Origin: Tubiluchus corallicola
Lineage: Eukaryota; Animalia; Priapulida
Assembly (NCBI GenBank): GCA_030141605.1
Contig: JAQGDQ010001143.1
Span: forward strand, 1 to 59,662
Length of the DNA: 59,662 bases
Reading direction: 5' to 3'
Within the stretch, counting starts at the first letter, position 1; every line of letters begins with the position of its first letter. This document shows positions 37,751-50,818 of this stretch, in pieces. Position numbers and translations under genes: made by a program. The notes under the pieces were generated by a model. That model was not told where the DNA came from and ran no database searches. It worked only from the letters and a program-made list of their open reading frames with translations.

Positions 37751-38605
37751 ACTAAAAATTCATATGAAATAATAATAATAAATAATTTTTAACTCAAACA
37801 TTAAACAGCTGACTCAAACAACAATAATTGCACATGAGAACAGGTCGGCACGTGTTTTATTTATTTACAGATGGAGCCACTATTGCAAATGGCGTACGCA
37901 AAATAAGCGTGCAAATTTGTAAAAAATAGCTGTGACAGAATCATAGGATGGCAAACGTATGTTTTGAGTTTTTAACACGATAAAAATTGACCGAAATATT
38001 TTGATATGTATTCAAAAGCTTGGCGGCTAAATTATAATGTGTTCGAAACAACTTATTTGTGGGGAAACGTACAAGGGAAGGGAAGCTTAAGACAGAATGG
38101 TCGCCCATACCTAATGCAATGATCGGTAAAACATGATTAGCTTTTGTGGAATTCTATAGTGATTCTATACACAGAAACCCTCCTGCTAGAAGCTTCATAA
38201 AAATATTTATTTATTCAAAAATCCGCTACTCGAATTTCTTTAACAGGGATAGGCCTCGATCAGACGAAATGTTGTCCCTGTTGCATGATACCTAGGACAG
38301 ACCGTATGCTGGACATATTATGGAAAACATAAACAAATTGAAATTTTTACATCACCTTTAATTACTGTCAGTCGATTGTCAATGCATAGATAATACTCAG
38401 TTAATAGTTTACAGTTAACATAATAATTGCAACCTACATCATAAGTACTGACTACTGAAAAATTTAACTGCCTGTAGTATGACAGTATGTAGTAATATAG
38501 CTAGTATGCCTTTATAAAACATCTAGGAGAATACCTATAGTAATCTAGGAAAGGCTACAAACACGTTTGAGTGATTGAGAAACGTCTCACTTAAAAAAGT
38601 TACTA

Positions 38606-39373
38606 CAGTAGTTGCCGCTTAATACTATAGACTCACTCTAGGACCGCCGTGTTTTGACCCAATTAACCGACTGAACCTATTAACCAGTATTACTGGTATG
38701 GAAGTATCAGCTTACTATGCACTGCAAAGGCTTTTAATCAATTTTAGAAACGAAGTAATGTCTAAATTCCTTTGCGCAGTTAAAAATTAGAAAATATTTT
38801 AAAATATTAATTTATATAAGTGAATTAATAATAAATTAACTGTTAGATCTTTACGCTTATGCTCCATCTTTCAAACTGTTTAACTCTATGCCCTTATTTG
38901 CTGTATGATATTTACTCTGTTGTAAGTCACAAGGAATACTGACTGATTACTGTACCTGCATCTTTGACTATTAACTCATTAAGCCTGAAAGCGTGATTTG
39001 TAACTAGAGCATCAAAAGGAAACTGCTAGGCAAGTGTTTAGCTTCCAGAAATTCTTTGGGTAATGAGGTTAATTGCTGCGGGTAACAGATTCAAAGCAAA
39101 ACCGCTACGCTAGCGTATTAGCGCATAATAAATATACCTGTTTAGAAACAAAACTGTAGTTAACATGATTGTTTCTGCATACATGTATAGTGCACAAAAG
39201 GGAAGTAAAGATGACATAAAAGTAGGAAAGGCTGTTTGGGCACATACAAATATTATTATATTAAGTCATTATATTATTATATATATTGAGTCAATTAAGC
39301 AAAGTTATCTGAGTCAATAACCGATGGTTTTTATGTATCTATTAACCGTGAGTCTATTAAGCGGCGACTACTG
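38606..39373. mobile_element. Tigger-type MITE
   Basis: TA|CAGTAGTTGCCGCTTAATA ... TATTAAGCGGCGACTACTG|TA. Confidence 0.85.
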
Positions 39374-39541
39374 TATCAATAAGAAAAGATTGAATAAAAC
39401 ACACACTCTTTTAAACAAAGACTTGGATTCTTTAGCTATCATAAAATTATATATTTATTTTGAATTAGTCAACAAATGTTAGATAGTTGCCATACAATAC
39501 AACATTACTGTTTTGAAATCAATCTAGTCTAGCAGCTAAAC

Positions 39542-40147
39542 CAGGGGTTCTCAACCAAGGGGGGGGGTTGAGCCACCTCCAGGGGGGTACGAATGGGTGG
39601 AAAAATAAAAAATATGTAGAAAAGCAGATAAAAAAAGTACAGAAAGCGTTCATAGCCAATGCAACACGCCCTCCCGCTCAAGACGTTTATATCCGACCAC
39701 GTGGCTGCCTGAGACAGCGGCAGAGTGCGAGTAGCCCACTCACTGGCCTGACCACACACGGCAGTGAGCGAAGCGTCCTCTCTCTCTCTCTTGCTCTTGG
39801 CTAGCATACTACAGATAAATTAATTTGGTCGTGTTTTGCTCCTTTGTTTTGATTGTACCCAGCATTTTTTGATAAATGTATATACTCACTCAACCGATTA
39901 GATATGAGCAGTGATTTAAGAGTGGCACTCTCAGTCACAACCTTCATGAATAATAAACCACAACAACGTCCACAACACATCAAAATAATCGTGTCCTCTC
40001 AACAGGAGCAAGAGTCACATTGAATGTGGTTTATTATTCATGAATAAAAAAAATGTTAAAATTAAAAAAAAATTAATTAAAAAATGCATTTTTCATTTTG
40101 TTTGTGGGCTGGGGGGGGGACGCGTCAAAAAAGGTTGGGAACCACTG
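39542..40147. mobile_element. hAT-type MITE
   Basis: TIR caggggttctcaacc..ggttgggaaccactg; perfect 8-bp TSD agctaaac. Confidence 0.9.
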
Positions 40148-40189
40148 AGCTAAACAAACTTGATTAACATTGATTACCTTACATTACTT

Positions 40190-40864
40190 GCATAATACGC
40201 TGTAGTGCACATGATTAAACACCAAGTATTAGTGCTAGCATAATACGCTGTGGTGCACATGATTAAACACCAAGTATTGGTGCTAGCATAATACGCTGTG
40301 GTGCACATGATTAAACACCAAGTATTGGTGCTAGCATAATACGCTGTGGTGCACATGATTAAACACCAAGTATTGGTGCTAGCATAATACGCTGTGGTGC
40401 ACATGATTAAACACCAAGTATTGGTGCTAGCATAATACGCTGTGGTGCACATGATTAAACACCAAGTATTGGTGCTAGCATAATACGCTGTGGTGCACAT
40501 GATTAAACACCAAGTATTGGTGCTAGCATAATACGCTGTGGTGCACATGATTAAACACCAAGTATTAGTGCTAGCATAATACGCTGTGGTGCACATGATT
40601 AAACACCAAGTATTGGTGCTAGCATAATACGCTGTGGTGCACATGATTAAACACCAAGTATTGGTGCTAGCATAATACGCTGTGGTGCACATGATTAAAC
40701 ACCAAGTATTGGTGCTAGCATAATACGCTGTGGTGCACATGATTAAACACCAAGTATTGGTGCTAGCATAATACGCTGTGGTGCACGTGATTAACATTGA
40801 TTACCTTACATTACTAGCATAATACGCTGTGGTGCACATGATTAAACACCAAGTATTGGTGCTG
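40190..40864. repeat. 48-bp minisatellite, about 14 copies
   Basis: Unit gcataatacgctgtggtgcacatgattaaacaccaagtattggtgcta, with internal hairpin caccaa-gta-ttggtg. Confidence 0.97.
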
Positions 40865-41734
40865 GTTTACAGTTTATCTGTAAGAGAGTAGTTTGACATT
40901 TAAGTGATAAAGTACTGTGTTGACATAACCAAATGAAATTAACATGCATTTGTCTGACAAAACACAGAGATTATTGTACTTCAATGATAAAAAATGATGT
41001 GATAAAAGGAAAATTGGTAAATTGCTCAATTTATCTAAACTATTAAGAAAACACTTGAAAAAGCTGAGCCGTGTATGAAGAGACAAATACACACACAGGG
41101 AAACCTCAATATTTTATAATGGGTCATTCTCTACAGAACGTGCAAAACAGATGTAAAAAAATCTGCCAAATGACGGGAAAGATGTTCTTAAAATTACTCT
41201 TCCATGTTATTAATAAGGTTCCCTTGTATACAAAAAGGATACTGACAGAGCTTAAAACACTTGTAAAAATTTACTATGACCATTTTAAATTTATCTGAAT
41301 AATTACTTTTGTCATTACTGTTACAGACATGAGGTGTGCAATACAACCTATAAACATCAAGCAGTGTCATAAACCAATGGTCTTATAAAATATATTTTTC
41401 TAAATGACCTTAATAGCATGATATGTTGCCAAGTTCGTACTACTTTGACATATTTTACTTTAAAATAACCGTGTTAAATATTTGTACAGTCGTATTTTAC
41501 TGCTATTTGCTTGTTGTTTCATTTTCGCATAATTCTAATGCTACACCTAACGCTGTACAGGCTACACTGATTTGCTGAGCAAAGCAAATAAAACAATTGC
41601 ACTTATAAGCGACCCTGTGGCATATTAAGAAAAAATTGGGTTGAAATTTCTTGTCCATGGCTTCACTGTATGCATTCCTTGTTTGTGTAATTTTGCAATT
41701 TCAATTTTTTACAGGCTTCTCGTAGGACATAGTT

Positions 41735-44700
41735 ATGAGATACAATTCAAAAGAGATTGCTGCTTTGGCTCACCAGCCATCTCACAAATTTGACAAGGAG
41801 GGTATTCTCACTATAAAAGAGAAGCAAGATGGATTATTTAAACGTGGAGAGGGTGAGTGTATTTTAGTCAGTTCGCTGAATGTTAATTAGCGTGGTATGG
41901 AAAACTTGACTATATGGTGTGTATATATTTTCTTCTTTTATTATGGTCACGCTTTGAACTTATGCTCGAGTTTTGTAGCCTCAAAGCGATTTTCATACCA
42001 TGGAAGTTGTGTTGTGCGTGGATTGTCACGACTGTCTCCCGGTTGTGTGTGGATTGTCACGACTGTGTTCCCGGTTGTGTGTGGATTGTCACGACTGTGT
42101 TCCCGGTTGTGTGTGGATTGTCACGACTGTGTTCCCAGTTGTGTATGGATTGTCATGACTGTGTTCCCGGTTGTGTGTGGATTGTCACGACTGTGTACTC
42201 TGTTGTGTGTGGACTGTCACGACTGTGTTCCCGGTTGTGTGTGGATTGTCACGACTGTATTCCCAGTTGTGTGTGGATTGTCACGACTGTGTTCCCGGTT
42301 GTGTGTGGATTGTCACGACTGTGTTCCCGGTTGTGTGTGGACTGTCACGACTGTATTCCCGGTTGTGTGTGGACTGTCACGACTGTGTTCCCGGTTGTGT
42401 GTGGATTGTCACGACTGTGTTCCCGGTTGTGTGTGGACTGTCACGACTGTGTTCCCGGTTGTGTGTGGACTGTCACGACTGTGTTCCCGGTTGTGTGTGG
42501 ACTGTCACGACTGTGTTCCCGGTTGTGTGTGGACTGTCACGACTGTATTCCCGGTTGTGTGTGGATTGTCACGACTGTATTCCCAGTTGTGTGTGGATTG
42601 TCACGACTGTGTTCCCGGTTGTGTGTGGATTGTCACGACTGTGTTCCCGGTTGTGTGTGGACTGTCACGACTGTATTCCCGGTTGTGTGTGGACTGTCAG
42701 GACTGTGTTCCCTTTTGTGTGTGGACTGTCACGACTGTGTTCCCGGTTGTGTGTGGATTGTCACGACTGTGTTCCCTGTTGTGTGTGGATCGTCACGACT
42801 GTGTTGGTTATGTGGACTGTGGATTATTTTCTGAAGAGGTTGACAATGCAAGACATTTAATTCATATATGGTAGATGTTTTAGTGATATAAAAGGGTACC
42901 TAAAGTAGGTTTCAGAAAAATCACCTTAAGAAAATTATATTATTTTACTTACTACTTAAAAAATTATATTACTTTATAGCAATTTTATGCATTTATCACG
43001 CTCGCATTGAAAAGAATTTTTGTTTGTTTTCATTTTAAATCTCCCACTATACTGTTCCGATGGCGCCATTACGTGACGTCACTTACGCAAACGTAAATCA
43101 GGGGAAGAAAAGGAAATGTTAAATTATGACCCAAAAAACTTTCCATGCAAATCTGTATTACTTAACATTTTGCTTACCTGCTGGAAAGACTTATGTAACT
43201 AGAAAAGAAAATTATTAATTATTTAAAATTCTTTCACGAATTGGCAAAATGTCGCTGACTCACCCTCCAGGGTGCACCACTCATTAATCAAAAACATTTT
43301 TAATCTTATTTACATGATACCATATTTTTAAATTTTACTTAGTTAGTGACGTGTGCACCACGAATGCTCTGATTATTTTTTCAAACTTTACACAATGTTA
43401 TCTAAACTTGTTTCAATTGACTCATCGTCAAAATGGCTGCATCTAACGGTTATCGCAGGAGTTTAAATTTACAAGTTTTATACAGCATTACTGTCGATGC
43501 AAGCTCTGTATGCAAAAAGGTAGTATGTAAGTGGTATAAAATTTCAAGATGAATTTTTCAAACTTTATGTAAGTGGAGGGTTTCCTTGTGCTTTAAATGA
43601 CTTACGTTATGTCTATTTGAGTAAGTTTTGATGATGGCGGTGATTCTTATTTAGTGAAATGATCAGTTACAGTTAAAATCTTATCACACGGAAATGTGCA
43701 TTACACAACTTTCCTACATGCAAAAGCAAGGATTGAACTTAGCTCTATCACTTACCCATATTTATTTTTTATAGTTTACGTTGAAAGGTGGTGTAGACTC
43801 AGAGGGAATCTCTTCTTCAGTTTTCGCTCTAAAGATCAGGTAACAATTAGTGCACTAATTATTAGCTCACGCTGGACGCTGGTCAGTTGATGGGACATTT
43901 GTGAATAGTTGCATACATGCGATTTTCAGTTCAATTCAATTCAAAGGTTTTATTCATCTCTAATATAATATTTATAGCGCAAATACAACAAATTGTGTAA
44001 AGTATGTAGAGATGGGGTGGCGAAAGACCAGGAGGTCATAGAGTCAGCCACCCCTATATAACTTGGGAATATTATAAAGCACTGCAGACTACATGGTTAA
44101 GTGAATAAATACGTGGTTAGGTCTTAACTGTAGCAAATAAACAAAATGCAAGGCAGTTATATTATAATTATACCAATGGAAAAAAAAACAAGCAAATAAT
44201 GCAATTAAAAATTAAAACAACAACTGAACAAGTCATGAATGCAACAACAAAAATAGCAAGCAATCTGGTTAAATCATAAATGCAGCGAGTGAACTAAAAT
44301 GCAGCAAATGAACTAAAATGTAGTTAAATAATGAATGCACAACAAAAAAAACAAAAGGAAGAAAATTTGTGCAGTAAGTATTAAATGTAATAAATGAACA
44401 AAAGCAATCAGTAATCACAATGTGACAAATCAACACAAAAAGCAAGCAAAGCAGTCAATTTATAAATGCAGCTATTGAATGAAAAGCAAACACAAAAAAA
44501 GCAAATTTAAAAAGTCTTTTAAAACGTTCACTTTGAATTCTTCTGCTGCTGTATGTTAATTTCATTACACACTTCGCTTGACGCCTTTCACAATAAGTAT
44601 TAAGAATTGCTTTCGTGAAAACTATTTGGTTAACGGTCCACGTACTAAACCAACGGCATGTTTTGTACGTTTTGGCAAGTGGGAGACCCACCCACAATGC

Positions 44701-46824
44701 CCGGGGTCTATTTAGGATGTCCATGTAGTAAACCAACGACATGTTTTGTATTTTTTGGCAACTGGGAGACCTTCCCACAATGCCCGGTGCCTATTTAGGA
44801 TGATTGTAGCAGGACCAGAACTTAGTTAGTTTCATAGGCTGTAAAACTTGCATTATATATACATCCTTGTTGAGCAAAAGAAAGAACCGGAAGCAGTGTG
44901 GATGAAGAAACTACCCGGACGTACCTTCTAGTAGAGAACCACTCACTTACTCCCCAAGCTTCGTGTTGCTTAAACTTCGACTTTAACTTTCTCAGTTACT
45001 AACATAACTCGTCTTCATTATCATTAAACTCATTATCGTTGATTTCTTAGCGGTAATTTATTGTAAAAAAAAATGTAGTACACCGAAGAAACAGAAGTAC
45101 GCGTTTACTTGTGCATTTTTGTTAGTGTTCCCCATTATATACTTATATATACAAATCCTTGTTGAGCAACAGAAACAACCTGAAGTAGTATGGGTCGTAC
45201 TTCATCACTAACACTGGCCCTAGACTTTGGAATAACATCAACGAATAGATAAAAAATTCTTTATCTATAAATAACTTCAAAAGAAATCTTAAAAGTGAAA
45301 TCTTTTTCTAATTATACAGAATAAACCAGTTTGATTAATTACCCTGCTGTCCCTGTCGGAATAATCGCGTTGCTGGCTATGTCAATTTTTACACTTCTAT
45401 AGTTCACGTTACTTCACACAGATACCATCATATCTTTCTCCTTCTTTCTATTCTCTATCAACCTTTCCTTTCTATTCCTTTACTGCTCTTTTCTACTACA
45501 CTCAGTCCACATTCATTACTTCATACAGATACCATCACATCTTTCTCTTTCTTTCTATTCTCTATTAACCTTTCTTTCTACTCCTTTACTGCTCTTTTCT
45601 ACTACACTCAGTCCACATTCATTACTTCATACAGATACCATCACATCTTTCTCCTTCTTTCTATTCTCTATTAACCTTTCTTTCTACTCCTTTACTGCTC
45701 TTTTCTACTACACTCAGTCCACATTCATTACTTCATACAGATACCATCACATCTTTCTCCTTCTTTCTATTCTCTATTAACCTTTCTCTTCTACTCCTTT
45801 ACTGCTCTTTTCTACTACACTCAATCCACATTCATTACTTCATACAGATACCATCACATCTTTCTCTTTCTTTCTATTCTCTATTAACCTTTCTTTCTAC
45901 TCCTTTACTGCTCTTTTCTACTACACTCAATCCACATTCATTACTTCATACAGATACCATCACATCTTTCTCTTTCTTTCTATTCTCTATTAACCTTTCT
46001 TTCTACTCCTTTACTGCTCTTTTCTACTACACTCAATCCACATTCATTACTTCATACAGATACCATCACATCTTTCTCTTTCTTTCTATTCTCTATTAAC
46101 CTTTCTCTTCTACTCCTTTACTGCTCTTTTCTACTACACTCAGTCCACATTCATTACTTCATACAGATACCATCACATCTTTCTCCTTCTTTCTATTCTC
46201 TATTAACCTTTCTTTCTACTCCTTTACTGCTCTTTTCTACTACACTCAGTCCACATTCATTACTTCATACAGATACCATCACATCTTTCTCTTTCTTTCT
46301 ATTCTCTATTAACCTTTCTTTCTACTCCTTTACTGCTCTTTTCTACTACACTCAATCCACATTCATTACTTCATACAGATACCATCACATCTTTCTCCTT
46401 CTTTCTATTCTCTATTAACCTTTCCTTCTACTCCTTTACTGCTCTTTTCTACTACACTCAGTCCACATTCATTACTTCATACAGATACCATCACATCTTT
46501 CTCCTTCTTTCTATTCTCTATTAACCTTTCTTTCTACTCCTTTACTGCTCTTTTCTACTACACTCAGTCCACATTCATTACTTCATACAGATACCATCAC
46601 ATCTTTCTCCTTCTTTCTATTCTCTATTAACCTTTCTTTCTACTCCTTTACTGCTCTTTTCTACTACACTCAGTCCACATTCATTTGGGGTGCTCTAAAC
46701 AAGTAATTACTTCTTGAGTACCCCACGGGTCATTTGCGGCTTGGCATCTTGTGTACATAATAATAAATATGTTATTAAATACTTTTATGTACAATGCTGT
46801 AATGATCGTTGTGGATATATTTAA

Positions 46825-46856
<32 letters not shown>

Positions 46857-49800
46857 AAATAAATGCGCAGTGAAACTACGCAGAGGTACGTTCTAGTAGA
46901 GAACCGCTCACTCGTTCCTCAGATTTGGCATTGCTTAAGTTTAGACTAAGCTACTCAGTTACTGACATGATGTGTCTTTAGGTATGTCTGTTATTGTTGT
47001 CTTCGCAGCAGTACTTTATTGTAAGACCTGTGTTATTTGTTTACTTGTGTGTTTTTGTTAGTTTTCAGAGCCGCACTCAACTTACGTGCTTGAAAACTTT
47101 ACAGTTGAACTGGATCACGTTGATCAGATGCCTGGTTCATTCGTACTGAGTAAGTGAATTCTCTCTGGTTTTTTCATAGTTAGTGCTACCATAGATTTCT
47201 GCTTTTGCTGTTACAGTTTGACATGTTATGCAGAACTACATTTTCTTCATAAATGCATGAAAATTTTGACAGTTTGTTACATTTTAATGTTCCTAAGCTA
47301 ATTTCTTTAGTTTATTACTAGGCATGTCTTTTTTTCCGGTTTCACAAAATTAATAAAGAATTTTAACCTCCATCTGGAATTGAACCGCAAATCTTCAGCC
47401 GATTAGAGACCATGAACACACCAAACGATGTACCAATGTATTGTCGTTAAAATTCTGTGTGGGAGTTTATGTTTAGATTGGCTCTGGTTTAAAGGATTTC
47501 TATTACTGATTAATTTTGCGAGCTATTAAGCTGATGTTTTGATACGTTGGTTTCTTTTTAGGGTTATTAAGTGCACAATAATTTTCAAAACATGTAAATG
47601 TCGGTAACAGTGTCCTAGGAATTTCTGTTATGGGGTGGTGTATATAAAAGTAATCTGGAAGCTTTACAAATTACCCGGAACAAAATTTTCAAACTAATAT
47701 ATCATGTAAGGTATGACCATCCCACAAATATAATTTATTTGTCTGTTAAAACTCTTAAAGTGAAAGAAATATATGACATGTATTTTCTTCATTTCATGTA
47801 TCATAATTCACTACTTCCACCAACTTTTCAGTCATACTTTAGTCCAGTTTCAAATCAACATGATCATTACACAAGATATTCAGTCGAAAACCATGTACTC
47901 CCTCTTCCAAAAACAAATATAATGAAACAGTCATCAAAATATAATGCTATTAAAATATGGTCATCAATTCCACGTGAAATGAAAACTCTTAATCTTTATC
48001 AATTTAAAAAAGCATCAAAGAATTACTTACTACAACGGTATAATTAACTCACAATTTTACTCATCCTGATCTTAAGTTACTAACAAAACTTATTTTGTTC
48101 TAATGTATGCTGTAACTGATGAAAATGTAATGTTAATTGTCAATTGTTCCACTTATCTGGAGGAGGACTCGAAAGCTCAATGCTCTTTCCTCCTCCTCAC
48201 AGTAACTCGCATAGTTTATTTTTTTTCAATGTTATATCAATTTATATGTATGTTTGAGTTGCTGTGGAATAAATTCATAATTCAAATTCATAATTCTGTA
48301 GAATTTTATTTGTAGTTTTTGAAGGTGACAGCAACGTTGTGCGATTAGCTGCTCCTACCGAATCTGAACGTGATTCGTGGATGGAAGCGCTTCACATGGC
48401 TAGCTACGAATGTATGAAATGTCAATTAGTCAGCCTTGCAGAGCAAATTGATGCTAAAACAAAAGCTATTGAGCATCTACAGGCTCAGTCCGAACCTTCT
48501 TCACCTAGCTGTGATAGCAGTGGTACGTTTTATATTGTTTTACTTTCTTAAATGACCTACAGATGTCGCCTCTTAATAAAACCATTCCCGAATCAGCAAT
48601 AAGTTTTCTTAATGTGATAGCAGTGGTACGTTTTATATTGTTTTACTTTCTTAAATGACCTACAGATGTCGCCTCTTAATAAAACCATTCCCGAATCAGC
48701 AATAAGTTTTCTTAATGTGATAGCAGTGGTACGTTTTATACTGTTTTACTTTCTTAAATGACATGTAGATGTCGCCTCTTAATAAAACCATTCCCGAATC
48801 AGCAATAAGTTTTCTTAATGTGATAGCAGTGGTACGTTTTATATTGTTTTACTTTCTTAAATGACATGTAGATGTCGCCTCTTAATAAAACCACCACAGA
48901 ATCAGCAATAAGTTTTCTTAATGTGATAGCAGTGGTACGTTTTATATTGTTTTACTTTCTTAAATGACATGTAGATGTCGCCTCTTAATAAAACCACCAC
49001 AGAATCAGCAATAAGTTTTCTTAATGTGATAGCAGTGGTACGTTTTATATTGTTTTACTTTCTTAAATGACATGTAGATGTCGCCTCTTAATAAAACCAC
49101 CACAGCATCAGCAATAAGTTTTCTTAATGTGTTAGCAATGGTACGTTTTATATTGTTTTACTTTCTTAAATGACATATAGATGTCGCCTCTTAATAAAAC
49201 CACCACAGAACCAGCAATAAGTTTTCTTAATGTGATAGCAGTGGTATGTTTTATATTGTTTTACTTTCTTAAATGACATGTAGATGTCGCCTCTTAATAA
49301 AACCACCACAGCATCAGCAATAAGTTTTCTTAATGTGATAGCAGTGGTATGTTTTATATTGTTTTACTTTCTTAAATGACATATAGATGTCGCCTCTTAA
49401 TAAAACCACCACGGAATGAGCAATAAGTTTTCTTAATGTGATAGCAGTGGTATGTTTTATATTGTTTTACTTTCTTAAATGACATATAGATGTCGCCTCT
49501 TAATAAAACCACCACGGAATGAGCAATAAGTTTTCTTAATGTGATAGCAGTGGTATGTTTTATATTGTTTTACTTTCTTAAATGACATGTAGATGTCGCC
49601 TCTTAATAAAACCACCACGGAATTAGCAATAAGTTTTCTTAATGTGATAGCAGTGGTACGTTTTATATTGTTTTACTTTCTTAAATGACATATAGATGTC
49701 GCCTCTTAATAAAACCACCACGGAATTAGCAATAAGTTTTCTTAATGTGATAGTAGTGGTACGTTTTATACTGTTTTACTTTCTTAAATGACATATAGAT

Positions 49801-50785
49801 GTCGCCTCTTAATAAAACCACCACGGAATTAGCAATAAGTTTTCTTAATGTGATAGTAGTGGTGCGTTTTATACTGTTTTACTTTCTTAAATGACATATA
49901 GATGTCGCCTCTTAATAAAACCACCACGGAATTAGCAATAAGTTTTCTTAATGTGATAGTAGTGGTACGTTTTATACTGTTTTACTTTCTTAAATGACAT
50001 ATAGATGTCGCCTCTTAATAAAACCACCACGGAACCAGCAATAAGTTTTCGTAATAAATGACAGTTTTATTATGCAGTGGCCCATTGCAAGCGCGTGTAT
50101 TTGGAAAAGTACAGTACATAAACGCTTCATCCTAATTAACATTATGGTTATTAAACATGGGGCAGTTGGATCACTTGTTTGCATACACGATGACTCAAGC
50201 GTAAAACAGTGATTCAAGTTCATTCAAAATGTTCTTTAGTAGGTGCACATGCTCAGCGGTTGTGACGAAACAATCAAATTGTTTTAATGCAACTTTGGTT
50301 AAGTAGTGGTGAATCTAGCAAATGGGACTTAAATTTATCTTAGTATATTGGACAAATGGACAAATTTCAAAAATTCATTTTTACTTTTTCATTTTGCTGT
50401 TGCCTTTGTCACCAAGTACCCAAAAGTGAGGTCCTATTAAATATGGCAACCTGGTTTTGCTAACCAAATTTTCTTAACAATACTTTCTGTGGGGGTAATT
50501 ACGCACCTTTCTTAAACGATTCTAAAATGCGGCTGCTTTTATTACCTGTATTCTTGTTAAGCGGTGATTATGCTATCAGTAAGTTTACCGCATCCTTTTT
50601 ACAAGAACAGATAGATAGATTTATTTTCGTTACTGTGACCTGTTTGATCACAAGTTGTAGTATTGTGATCTTTGAGCACTTCTGTTCATTATATTTTGTA
50701 TACAGTTTAGCGCATAGCAAATGGCACATGTTATTGGTTGTGGTGCAAAATGGAACTTTATTCATTATCAATGATAATTTTCAAA

Positions 50786-50818
<33 letters not shown>

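Noticed and set aside
40174-40797. 207-aa ORF of 16-aa repeats
   Set aside because: Translation of the 48-bp minisatellite.
41897-42874. Cys-rich ORFs with CxxCH (CVDCH) motifs resembling multiheme cytochrome or metallothionein
   Set aside because: Artefact of a stop-free 32-bp unit read in all three frames inside an INPP4 intron.
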